In this document: piece after piece, positions 9,725-19,013 of the stretch
How the letters are laid out: the number at the start of each line of letters is the position of its first letter
Position numbering within the stretch: position 1 is the first letter of the stretch
Assembly (NCBI GenBank): GCA_963717935.1
Contig: CAVQXP010000004.1
Span: 1,369,280-1,433,279, forward strand
DNA: 64,000 bases
Source of the DNA: Candidatus Eiseniibacteriota bacterium
GTDB taxonomy: Bacteria > Eisenbacteria > RBG-16-71-46
Direction of reading: 5' to 3'
The notes under the pieces: generated by a model
Told to the model about the DNA's origin: nothing
The model's input: only the letters and a program-made list of their open reading frames with translations
Database searches by the model: none
Position numbers and translations under genes: made by a program

Positions 9725-10026
9725 TCGCCCGGTGCGCCGTGAAGAAGCGCATGTCCCCAGCGGGTGTGAGTCCTGCCCGGCGGTTGTTGCTCCAGTCGGT
9801 GGCAAATCGGAGCGTCACGAGAGGCCATGAACTCGGCGAAGCCTCTGATGCAGGGGGGCACTGCAGGGTGAGCCGGCGAGCAGGCAGGCCGTGACGCGAG
9901 AGATTGCCGCGCAGGCCTCGAAAGGGATGCCGCGGAAGCCGACTCCGCTGCGTCTGGCGGAGCGCGGCCGAGGCAAAATCCGGGAGCTCCTCGCTCCAGC
10001 CTGGCTCTCCCGGACCTGAATCTCCA

Positions 10027-11268
10027 TCAGGCTCCGGGCGCGGACGGCTCCGGTCTCGGCGCCCGGAGGGAGAACTCCGCGTAGACCCGCTCCAGTCTCT
10101 CGGCGATGATGGCCCAGGAGTACTGGCGTGCCCGTTCGCGCAGGGCGGCCGGGTCCCAGGTGCGGCTGAGGGCGGCGTCGAGCGCGATGGCGAGTGCCGC
10201 TGCGTCCCCGGCCGGGACCAGCAGCCCATGCCGGTCCCGCTCCACGATCTCCCGAGTGCCTCCAACGGCGGAACTCACCAAGGGACGGCCCGCGGCCAGC
10301 GCTTCAAGGGCGGCAAGCGGCATGCCCTCGTTCATGCTGGGCAGTGCCACGACGTCGGCGGCGGCGAGGAGATCGGGAACTCGGCCGAAAGGCACCGGAC
10401 CGAAAAGACGTACGTGTTCGCCGAGGCCGCACAACCGGACTTGTGCTTCGAGCTCCGACCGGAGCGGGCCATCACCGACGATTGCCAGCGTTACGTCCCG
10501 GCGCCTTTCGCGCACCGCGCGGAAGGCATCGATCAGCACCCGGTGCCCCTTCACGGCCACGAGGTTGCCGACGCTTACAATCAGGTGGCCGGCGGCCGGC
10601 AGGCCCAGCGCGCGCCGGCCCGCGTCCCGATCGCCCGACTGGAAGGACTCCACGTTCACCCCGTTCGGGACATAGCGCAGGCACCGCTCTTCTACGCCGA
10701 GGTTCCTCGCGATGTCCAGGAGCTCACGCGAGACCACGACCACGCAGTCAGCCCGTCGGAGCGCCCAGCGGCTCCAGTGCCGGGTCCTCCACGGTCCCCG
10801 GATGGCTTCCGTGTGGAGATCCGAGCCGTGTGCCGTAATCACCGCGGGCAGGCCGCTGGCACGGGCCACGAGGACTGCGGCAAGCCCCATCGGGTACAGG
10901 CGATGTCCATGCACGACACAGGCATCGCGCGCATGCCGCAGTCGGACCCACAGGCCGATCAGGAACAACTGGAGCGGCTCCGTGAACACAAATAGCAGCG
11001 GAACGTGGATGTATCGTGGCCGCAGGACACGCAGCCCCGCGGTCGTCTGGTCGTCTTGCCGGCCAGCGGCGTTCTGCGCGGCCATGCGCCGCTCGCTGGC
11101 GTAGCGGGGCAGAGGCGGCAGCAGAATCTCGGGGGAAACCACGGTCACGCGCCAGCGTTGTGCGAGGACGTGCACTTGCTGGGATACCGAGAGGCGCACC
11201 CCCCCATTCAGTCGATGGGGCGGAAGGAAACCCTGGGTGAAGAGCAGCACATGTGGGGTGCGGTCCAT
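10027..11268 (-). CDS. Glycosyltransferase family 4
   Basis: ATG at 11268 (MDRTPHVLLFTQGF) inside ORF 10027..11358; C-domain motifs GLPAAGHLIVSVGNL...MNEGMPLAALEALAAGRPLV. Confidence 0.8.
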   Translation of the reverse strand: MDRTPHVLLFTQGFLPPHRLNGGVRLSVSQQVHVLAQRWRVTVVSPEILLPPLPRYASERRMAAQNAAGRQDDQTTAGLRVLRPRYIHVPLLFVFTEPLQLFLIGLWVRLRHARDACVVHGHRLYPMGLAAVLVARASGLPAVITAHGSDLHTEAIRGPWRTRHWSRWALRRADCVVVVSRELLDIARNLGVEERCLRYVPNGVNVESFQSGDRDAGRRALGLPAAGHLIVSVGNLVAVKGHRVLIDAFRAVRERRRDVTLAIVGDGPLRSELEAQVRLCGLGEHVRLFGPVPFGRVPDLLAAADVVALPSMNEGMPLAALEALAAGRPLVSSAVGGTREIVERDRHGLLVPAGDAAALAIALDAALSRTWDPAALRERARQYSWAIIAERLERVYAEFSLRAPRPEPSAPGA

Positions 11269-11596
11269 GGAGGCACGTTCCCTGTGGAAGCAGTGCCGCT
11301 TGCGGCACCAAGGCACCCACATAGCCCTAGCCCGCCAGCGCATCCCTGTCAAGGTCACGAGCCCGAAGGTTCTCGCGACCGGTCATTTTTCACGACTGGA
11401 ACAGGGGCCGGCTGGCGCGCGGGAGGCCCGCAGGCCCCACCCTTTGCGGCGAGCGTGATCGGCGACCGGAGGGACCTCCTGTGCTAGGATTGCGCACGCG
11501 AATTCATCGCGTCCCTTGGGGGTTTGAGCGCCCGCTTTCCCCCGTCACCCGAGGGGGGTCTTATCGCCCATCCTCAATCGTGAGCACCCATCTCCA

Positions 11597-13147
11597 ATGA
11601 GTCCGCTTTCCGACCCCGAGGTTCCCCCCGCGACGCCGCTCCCGTCTGGAGTTGGCAAGGGCCACGCACCGCAGATTCTCCACAACACGGGCGTGCTGGC
11701 CATCTCGGGGCTCTTCGTGCGCGGCATGGGGATGGTGATGATGGTGATCCTCGCTCGCAGCTTGGGGGCGGAGGGCTACGGCACCTACCAGCGCGCGGAA
11801 GCATTCGTCTACATGTTCAGCATCCTGGGGAGTCTCGGGCTGGACATGATCCTCACCCGCGAGGTTGCCCGCCGCGGTGCTCGAGCCCCCGAATACCTGA
11901 CGGGGGTCCTGATCCTCAAGCTGCTGCTGGCTCCCCTGTGCTTCGCGCTCATCCTCGGCTTCGCGTATGCACGCGGCTACCACGGGGAGTTCCTCTGGGG
12001 TATCTGGTGCTACAGCTTCGTCTTGTTCCTGACCACGACCGCACAAACCTGCGACGCGTACTTCCAGGGGCTCGACGAGATGGGCTACATCGCGATCACG
12101 AACATCGCCAATCAGCTGGCTTTCGTGGCCCTGGGAGGTGCCTGCGTCTGGCTCGGCAAGGACCTGCGCTGGATCCTCTCGGCGCTCGTCGTGGCGGCGG
12201 CGGTTCGGCTGATCGTCTCCACCTACATCATAACGCGCCTGCGGCTCCTGTTCGCGAAGCCCCGGCTGGGCACCCTCCTCTATCTGCTCAGGCAGTCCAT
12301 CCCCATCGCGTTCGCGGCCAGCTTCGTCATCGTGTACCAGCAACTGGACGCCGTGCTGCTGGGCGAGCTCAAGGGCAATACCCAGGTCGGCTGGTACAAG
12401 GCCGGCGTCAAGTTCCTCCTCTTCTTCACGGTTCTGCGCGAGAGCTTCCTGGTCGCGGTCTATCCCGTATTCGCCTCGGTCGCGCAACGCGGCCGCGAGC
12501 ACATGGGCACCCTGGTGACCCGCGCGGTGCGCTACCAACTGATCATAGCGCTGTACTTCATCATCTGCTTCGTCGTCCTTCCGCGGGTGGCCCCCACGCT
12601 GCTTGGGGACGCGTTCGCGAACACCGCTGCGATTCTCCCCATCATGGCGTTGATGCTCGTGCCGCAGACCATCAGCATCACCATGGGACGCGTGCTCGTC
12701 GCCTCTGGCAACCAGAAGCGCATCATGGCTGCGACCGGACTCGCGCTGGTCGTGAACGTGGCGCTCAACCTGTCCCTCATCCCGCGATTCGGCTACATGG
12801 GGGCGGCCGCCGCCGCTGCGACCAGCGAACTGGCGGTGGCCAGCATGAACGTATACTATGTGCAACGCTACGTGGCCCGCACCCAGATCCTCCGGGCGAT
12901 CCTGCGGCCGGTCGTCGCGGCCGCGATGACCGGCGGCGTGCTTTACCTGTTGCCCGGCCTGCATCTCTACCAGGCGCTGCCGCTGGCGGGGATCTTCTAC
13001 GTTGCCGGTCTCTTTGCCCTGCGCACCTTCTCTACCGAGGAGTTGAGCCAGTTCCGGACCGCTCTCCAGTCGGCGTGGGCGCGGTTGTGGAAGAACGGCG
13101 GGGGTACGGGTGGTGGCATCGACCCCGGTATGTCCGCGGGGGTCTAA
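11597..13147 (+). CDS. wzx: Wzx-type oligosaccharide flippase (MOP superfamily polysaccharide biosynthesis protein)
   Basis: 516 aa, ~12-14 TM helices, typical PST-family composition. Confidence 0.8.
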   Translation: MSPLSDPEVPPATPLPSGVGKGHAPQILHNTGVLAISGLFVRGMGMVMMVILARSLGAEGYGTYQRAEAFVYMFSILGSLGLDMILTREVARRGARAPEYLTGVLILKLLLAPLCFALILGFAYARGYHGEFLWGIWCYSFVLFLTTTAQTCDAYFQGLDEMGYIAITNIANQLAFVALGGACVWLGKDLRWILSALVVAAAVRLIVSTYIITRLRLLFAKPRLGTLLYLLRQSIPIAFAASFVIVYQQLDAVLLGELKGNTQVGWYKAGVKFLLFFTVLRESFLVAVYPVFASVAQRGREHMGTLVTRAVRYQLIIALYFIICFVVLPRVAPTLLGDAFANTAAILPIMALMLVPQTISITMGRVLVASGNQKRIMAATGLALVVNVALNLSLIPRFGYMGAAAAAATSELAVASMNVYYVQRYVARTQILRAILRPVVAAAMTGGVLYLLPGLHLYQALPLAGIFYVAGLFALRTFSTEELSQFRTALQSAWARLWKNGGGTGGGIDPGMSAGV

Positions 13148-13245
13148 GGGGATGACGCTCGCCATCCGGCAAGCGGATTGGCACGGGCCCCCGCCCGAGC
13201 CGCTGCGTGCGGACTCACGGGCAGGCCGAGGAGACCTGGACGTCC

Positions 13246-14799
13246 ATGAACCCGCTTCCCGCTGATTCCGTCCCCGTCCGCCTCCCGCACTACCGGCTGC
13301 GGGACGGCGGGTTGTACTTCCTCATCTCCCAGCGGCCCGTGGCCGTGCTCAACGCCCACGAGCAGGAGGTGTGGGAGTCGTTGGATGGCTCGGTCCGCGT
13401 ACGGGACTTGGCCGCCCGTTTTCCCGCCGGGGCTGGCGAGGCCGCGCTCCGCCGGTTCGTGGAGCTCGGAGTCTGTCTGCCGATCGCGACGAGCTTCCCC
13501 GAGGGACGTCGGCGGGTCGTAGTCATCGAGCCCCACATGGACGACGGCACGCTGAGCCTGGGCGGGACGATGTGGAGCCGTCGCGCGCAGTGCGAGTTCA
13601 CCATCGTCACGGTCGCGGGCCGCTGTAACTTCACGAGCTACTACTACCTCGAGCGCGACTACTTCGACGTGGACGAGGTGTCGGCGCTGCGCCGGGCCGA
13701 GAGCGCACTGGTGGCACGCGCCATCGGTGGGCGCCACGTGGTGCTCGACCTGCCCGAGGCGCCGCTGCGCTACCGGGCCGGGAACTGGGCCCTGGACTGG
13801 TACCGCCGGCACCGCGCCTCGATCTCGGCCTTCATCAGCCACACCTCGGGGCCCGAGGAGCTGCGCGCGTGGACCGAGGCGATCCGGCAGGCGCTGCGCG
13901 AGCTGCCGGCCGACGAGGTGTGGATGCCCATCGGCGTGGGCCCGCACACCGATCACGAGCTCACCCGGAACGCCTCCCTGACCCTCCTGGCGGAGGATCC
14001 GGAGTTGTTTTCGCGGTGCGCGGTCCGCCTCTACCAGGAGGTGCCCTACGCCGCGCGGTTCCCGCGCTTCACGGCTGCGATCGTGGAGGAGTTGACGCGC
14101 TCCGGCGCGAAGCTCGAGATCGAGAGGGTCCCCGTCACGGAGGCGTTCCCCGACAAGCTGCGGCTCATCTCGTACTTCGGCTCCCAGTTCAAGCTCCAGG
14201 TCCTGCGACCGGACATCGAGGCCTCGGCCCGAGCTGCCGCCGGCGACGGCGGCGGGATGGCGGAGATTCTCTACCGCGTCGTGGCCCCGCCGAAACGCCT
14301 GGATTTCTTGGCGCTCTCCGTGGGCGCGCCGGAGGTGCGGCAGCTGGCGCAGGAACTCGGGCCCTGGATCGAGCGGCACCGGCGTGCCCGTCGGATTCGC
14401 GTGTTCATCCGCCCGCCTGCGGGCCGCTGGGTGGAGGACATGCAGTTGTTGCTGGACGCCTTCCCTGCGGCCCGCTTCGCTGTCCGAGCCTCCAGGGCAG
14501 CGCTGGCGGAGGCGACGGAGGTCCGCTCCCCGCGCATCGAGGTCAGTCCCATCGGCCAGGGCGCCGCCGCGTGGGTGCTGGGCGTGTCTGGCGCCAACCT
14601 GCGGGGGCCCGCGCCCACCCTCATGATCGCGTTCGCAGACCGCATGCGTGAGGGCCGCCGCCTGAGCATGCTGCTTCCACTGAGTGACACGCTGGTCGTG
14701 CCCAGCATGAACCACCTCGCGCTCGCGCTGCGCCTCCTGGCGGACGTCGACGACCCCCGGCGAGCGTCGGAAGATCCGAAGGGATCCGCCGGGCCCTGA
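13246..14799 (+). CDS. Fusion protein: N-terminal PqqD-like (RRE-type) domain + PIG-L/LmbE-family zinc deacetylase + ~200-aa C-terminal extension of unknown function
   Basis: PqqD-like segment HYRLRDGGLYFLISQRPVAVLNAHEQEVWESLDGSVRVRDLAARFP...AEAALRRFVELGV; PIG-L motifs VVVIEPHMDDGTLSLGGTM and GVGPHTDHELT; ATG 13246 (alternative GTG 13207). Confidence 0.65.
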   Translation: MNPLPADSVPVRLPHYRLRDGGLYFLISQRPVAVLNAHEQEVWESLDGSVRVRDLAARFPAGAGEAALRRFVELGVCLPIATSFPEGRRRVVVIEPHMDDGTLSLGGTMWSRRAQCEFTIVTVAGRCNFTSYYYLERDYFDVDEVSALRRAESALVARAIGGRHVVLDLPEAPLRYRAGNWALDWYRRHRASISAFISHTSGPEELRAWTEAIRQALRELPADEVWMPIGVGPHTDHELTRNASLTLLAEDPELFSRCAVRLYQEVPYAARFPRFTAAIVEELTRSGAKLEIERVPVTEAFPDKLRLISYFGSQFKLQVLRPDIEASARAAAGDGGGMAEILYRVVAPPKRLDFLALSVGAPEVRQLAQELGPWIERHRRARRIRVFIRPPAGRWVEDMQLLLDAFPAARFAVRASRAALAEATEVRSPRIEVSPIGQGAAAWVLGVSGANLRGPAPTLMIAFADRMREGRRLSMLLPLSDTLVVPSMNHLALALRLLADVDDPRRASEDPKGSAGP

Positions 14800-15254
14800 G
14801 GAGGTGCGCCGTCGAGGCGTGCCGCCGCAGCGCAGCGCGTGTTCTTCGAGTCGTTGCCCGGGCTGCGGATGCGGCAGTCGATGGTCCGCCATGCTAGAAT
14901 CACTCGATGCCCAGGCAGAACCGGCGCCCGCCCTCGCGGCCATCCCGATGGTGGAGGACGGGTGACCAGGAGCGATGCGAGGCCCCTCGGGTTGGCTCCC
15001 GCGGCCGTTCCGGTTCCCATGTGGCTGGTTCCACGCCATCGAGATTTGCCACGACGATGCGGCCTTCGGCCCCGGCGATGTCGGAGTAGCGGGTCGGTTG
15101 GGCGGCGAATCTCGCAGACCGGGGCCTTGCGTGCTAGTCTCGGCTAGAAATGGGCTGCTTGCGCTCCGAATCAGGATTCGAGGCGCGGGTGGTTTTGTGT
15201 GGCCGGATTTCGAGTCTCTTTCAAGACAGGCGTGGACACGTGGACAACTTCTCG

Positions 15255-16024
15255 ATGGCGCTCGTCGGGCCCTATCCGCCTCCCCGTGGCGGGTATTGGT
15301 CCACCTCACGCGTTTCCAGCGGCGACTCGCCGCTCTGGCCATCCCGTCGTGGGCCTGCTACCAGCCTTTGCCCACATCGGGCCCCGAGGAGCACGTTATC
15401 CCGGCTGCCCGCAGGTTCTCCCGGCATTGCTGGATTCCTGAGCATGCGCGGCGACGCAGCACGAGCACCGTGCACCTTGGCTCGTACTGGGCGCCGGCCG
15501 CGCGTGCGATGCTTTTGCACCGCAAGAAGGTCGTCATGACCTTCCACGATCAACAAAGGGGGGGCAGGATGTGGCAGGCCACCTCATGGCTGGAACGATG
15601 GGTGAGCCGGTGGCCCTTCCGACACCTGCGGGTCTGGTGGGTTGTCGCGAGCCGGGAGGTGAGGTGGCAGTTGATCGAGAGGGGGGTGCCTCCGGCAAGG
15701 ATCTCGATGGCCCCTGCCTGCATCTCGCCCCGGGCTGGCGCACACGCATCGAGCCTGCCCGCCTACGTCGGGGACTTCCTCCAGAGGTATTCTCCTGTGC
15801 TGTCAGGCTACGCTTGGAGGCTGACCCGCGATGCGCGGGGCGTCGGCGTCTATGGGTTCGACCATTACATCGAGATGATTCGGTCGCTCAAGGCCGACCT
15901 CCCGAAGATCGGTCTGGGGCTCTCGCTGCCGCGGGTCTCCGACATCGACTACTTCCGCGCCCTGAAGGCGCGTGTCGACGACAACTTCCCACCACTCCTG
16001 GATCTCTACCGTGCGATCGCATAG
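15255..16024 (+). pseudogene. GT4-family glycosyltransferase remnant: frameshift after the N-terminal MALVGPYPPPRGG motif and truncated (lacks C-terminal EX7E half)
   Basis: MALVGPYPPPRGG in one frame (15255-15293), continuation VLVHLTRFQRRLAALAIP...KKVVMTFHD...ASREVRWQLIERGVPPARI in ORF 14975..16024 frame; ends after only ~100 aa of C-domain. Confidence 0.4.
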
Positions 16025-16063
16025 TCGAGGGGCCGTCCGCATCATCCACCACGGGGACAGTTC

Positions 16064-17011
16064 ATGAAAGCACTTGTCACCGGCGGGGCCGGTTTCATCG
16101 GCTCCAATGTCGTGAGCGCCCTGATGGAGCTCGGCCACGAGCCGGTCGTGCTGGACGACCTGTCCAGCGGCTACCGGGAGAATCTCGTCGCCGGTGTTCC
16201 ATTCGTGGAGGGGGATGTCCGCCATCTGGAGACCGTCGCGCGGGCGATGGCGGGGTGCCAGGTGGTCTTCCACCTGGCGGCCAGCGTCGGCAACGTGCGC
16301 TCCATCGAGCATCCGCAGACCGATTCGGCCATCAACGTCCTGGGCACCCTCAACGTGCTGGCGACCGCCAGGGCCTGCCGGATCGATCGGGTGGTGTTCT
16401 CGTCGTCGGCGGGCATCTTCGGGGAATTGAAGACGCTGCCGATCTCCGAAGACCACCCCCAGGATCCCGATTCCCCGTACGGCACCAGCAAGCTGGCCGC
16501 CGAGAAGATGTGCCTCGTCTACAACAAGCTGTACGGGATGCACAACGTCTGCCTGAGGTACTTCAACGTCTATGGCCCCCATCAGCGCTACGACGCCTAC
16601 GGGAACGTGATTCCGATCTTCGCCGACCGGATCCTGAAGAAGGAATCCCTGACGATCTTCGGGGATGGCGAGCAGACCCGCGATTTCGTCAACGTGCGCG
16701 ATGTCGCGGCCGCCAACGTCCAGGCGGGATTGACGCAGGGTGTGCGTGGCGCCTTCAACATCGGCAGCGGTACCCGCATCACGATCAACGAGCTGGCGCG
16801 GGCCATGCAGGAGATCGCGGCCGTCCAGAACGAGCTTCAGTACGCCGCGCCCCGGATGGGTGACGTGCGCGACAGCCTGGCGGACATCCAGGCGGCCCGG
16901 TCGGCCTTCGGCTTCGACCCGCGGACCCCGATCGTCCGGGGCCTGGCGGAGTACTGGGACTGGTTCAGCGGCGATGGACTGACGTTGAAGCGCCTGGGGA
17001 TCGCGACATGA
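16064..17011 (+). CDS. NAD-dependent epimerase/dehydratase (UDP-glucose/GlcNAc 4-epimerase-like extended SDR)
   Basis: MKALVTGGAGFIGSNV, YGTSK catalytic motif, 315 aa. Confidence 0.85.
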   Translation: MKALVTGGAGFIGSNVVSALMELGHEPVVLDDLSSGYRENLVAGVPFVEGDVRHLETVARAMAGCQVVFHLAASVGNVRSIEHPQTDSAINVLGTLNVLATARACRIDRVVFSSSAGIFGELKTLPISEDHPQDPDSPYGTSKLAAEKMCLVYNKLYGMHNVCLRYFNVYGPHQRYDAYGNVIPIFADRILKKESLTIFGDGEQTRDFVNVRDVAAANVQAGLTQGVRGAFNIGSGTRITINELARAMQEIAAVQNELQYAAPRMGDVRDSLADIQAARSAFGFDPRTPIVRGLAEYWDWFSGDGLTLKRLGIAT

Positions 17012-17901
17012 GAATCCTCATCCTGGGTGGCACCGGCATGCTGGGTCACCGGCTGTGGATCGACCTGCAGGGAGAGCACGAGGTCTGGGTCACCGTCCGC
17101 GGGGACCGCGATCTCTTCCCGGACGTGCCGCAGTTCCCCGCCGGCCGGATCGTCCGCCGCGTGGACGGGCTGGCGTCCGATGACGTGATCCAGGCCCTGG
17201 CGGCGGTCCGCCCGGAGCTCGTGATCAACTGCATCGGGCTGATCAAGCAGATGGAGCACGCGGGCGACCCGCTCCCGGCGCTCTCGATGAACGCAGTCCT
17301 GCCGCACCGGATGGCGGCGATCTGCCGCGCCGTCGGCGCCCGGTTCGTCCACATCAGCACCGACTGCGTCTTCTCCGGCCGCAAGGGCAGCTACTCGGAA
17401 TCCGATCCCTCGGACGCGGAAGACGTCTACGGGCGGACGAAGTTCCTCGGGGAGGTCCCGGGACCGGGCGCCATCACCCTGCGCACGTCGATCATCGGGC
17501 AGGAGCTCAAGAACCGGCTCGGCCTGGTCGAGTGGTTCCTCGCGCAGACCGGCACGATCAAGGGCTACCGCCGGGCGATGTACTCCGGGTTCACCACCCG
17601 CGAGCTGGCGCGGGTCATCCTGCGGCACGTGATCCCGGCCCCGGGGCTGGAGGGGCTGTACCACGTCTCCAGCGGGCCGATCAGCAAGTACGACCTGCTC
17701 CGGCTGGTGAAGGAGGCGTACGGAAGGGACGTCGAGATCCTCCCCGAGGACCAGTTCATCTGCGACCGCACGCTGGATTCGACGCGCTTCCGGAAGGCGA
17801 CGGGGTACGTCCCGCCCGCCTGGGAGGAGATGATCCGGGAACTGGCGTCGGATGTGGCATTCTACGATCGGCTCCGCAAGCTGTCCCCGGCCACCCTGTG
17901 A
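17008..17901 (+). CDS. RmlD-like 4-ketoreductase (dTDP-4-dehydrorhamnose reductase family; WbvR-like)
   Basis: MRILILGGTGMLG, YGRTK motif, 297 aa; start overlaps upstream stop. Confidence 0.8.
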   Translation: MRILILGGTGMLGHRLWIDLQGEHEVWVTVRGDRDLFPDVPQFPAGRIVRRVDGLASDDVIQALAAVRPELVINCIGLIKQMEHAGDPLPALSMNAVLPHRMAAICRAVGARFVHISTDCVFSGRKGSYSESDPSDAEDVYGRTKFLGEVPGPGAITLRTSIIGQELKNRLGLVEWFLAQTGTIKGYRRAMYSGFTTRELARVILRHVIPAPGLEGLYHVSSGPISKYDLLRLVKEAYGRDVEILPEDQFICDRTLDSTRFRKATGYVPPAWEEMIRELASDVAFYDRLRKLSPATL

Positions 17902-17954
17902 GTCCCGTTGTCGAATCGTCTGGTGCTTCCGACACCTCATCGAGGATGAAAGAC

Positions 17955-19013
17955 ATGCTAGAGAACAAGCGGGTCCTGATCACGGGGGGCACGGGCTCCT
18001 TGGGGAAAGTCCTGGTGCGCAGGCTGCTGTCGGGCGAGCTGGGGACCCCCCGCAAGCTCCTCGTCTTCTCGCGTGACGAGGGGAAGCAGCATGCCATGCG
18101 CGTGGAGTACATGCAGAAGACCAGCGCGACCGATGAGGTGATCTACCAGAACTTCAAGGATCTGCTGGAATTCCGGATCGGCGATGTGCGCGACTTCCAC
18201 AGCATCGCCTCCGCCCTCGGTGAGGTGGATGTCGTGTTCAGCGCTGCCGCGCTGAAGCAGGTCCCGACCTGCGAGTATTTCCCGTATCAGGCGGTGATGA
18301 CGAACATCGGAGGGCCCGAGAACATCGTGCGGGCGATCCAGGAGCTGCGCCTGCCGGTGGAGACGGTCGTCGGCATCTCGACGGACAAGGCCTGCAAGCC
18401 CGTCAACGTGATGGGGATGACCAAGGCCATCCAGGAGCGGGTGTTCATCCAGGCCAACATGCGGTGCTCGGACACGCGCTTCATCTGCGTCCGCTACGGG
18501 AATGTCCTGGCGTCGCGCGGGTCCGTCATCCCGTTGTTCCACGAGCAGATCCGGAACGGCGGGCCCGTGACGATCACGACGACGGACATGACTCGCTTCC
18601 TGCTGAGCCTGGATCAGGCGGTCGACACCGTCTTCGCCGCGATCCGCGAGGCCCGACGGGGTGAGACGTACATCCCCCGCGTGCCCTCGGCCAATGTCAC
18701 CGACATCGTCGAGGTGCTGATCGGCGACCGGCCGATCCAGACCGTCGTCACCGGCATCCGTCCGGGCGAGAAGGTCCACGAGATCCTCGTCTCGGAGGAG
18801 GAGTGCCATCGTACGGTGGATCGGGGTAGCTACTATTCCATCCTGCCCATGTTGCCGGAGATCCAGAGCGAGAAGGAGTTCAAGCCTGCGCTCTGCGGGG
18901 AGTACAGCTCTGCCGGGAGCGTGATGGACCAGAAAACCCTGGCGGAACTGCTCCGGAAGCATCGACTGAGGGTCGAGGATCAACTGATCATCGAAGGAGA
19001 GCTCCTGCGATGA
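17955..19013 (+). CDS. UDP-N-acetylglucosamine 4,6-dehydratase/5-epimerase (FnlA/CapE/WbjB/WbvB family)
   Basis: MLENKRVLITGGTGSLG...TDKACKPVNVMGMTKAIQE; ATG 17955 with GAGGA RBS (alt ATG 17946); within ORF 17532..19013. Confidence 0.85.
   Translation: MLENKRVLITGGTGSLGKVLVRRLLSGELGTPRKLLVFSRDEGKQHAMRVEYMQKTSATDEVIYQNFKDLLEFRIGDVRDFHSIASALGEVDVVFSAAALKQVPTCEYFPYQAVMTNIGGPENIVRAIQELRLPVETVVGISTDKACKPVNVMGMTKAIQERVFIQANMRCSDTRFICVRYGNVLASRGSVIPLFHEQIRNGGPVTITTTDMTRFLLSLDQAVDTVFAAIREARRGETYIPRVPSANVTDIVEVLIGDRPIQTVVTGIRPGEKVHEILVSEEECHRTVDRGSYYSILPMLPEIQSEKEFKPALCGEYSSAGSVMDQKTLAELLRKHRLRVEDQLIIEGELLR

Noticed and set aside
14891-14965. 24-aa ORF MLESLDAQAEPAPALAAIPMVEDG downstream of the RRE-deacetylase gene, considered as a RiPP precursor
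   Set aside because: No convincing RBS, no leader/core features, overlaps a TAGAAT promoter-like element; cannot be supported
13144-15342. 732-aa minus-strand ORF and many other long Arg/Pro/Gly-rich ORFs (e.g. 2122..3546-, 3983..5005-, 7934..9367-, 16837..17940-, 24982..26439-, 26833..28443-, 32855..34231-, 34476..37256-, 47087..48847-)
   Set aside because: Antisense or out-of-frame reads of well-supported genes in a ~70% GC genome; compositionally non-protein-like, no family motifs
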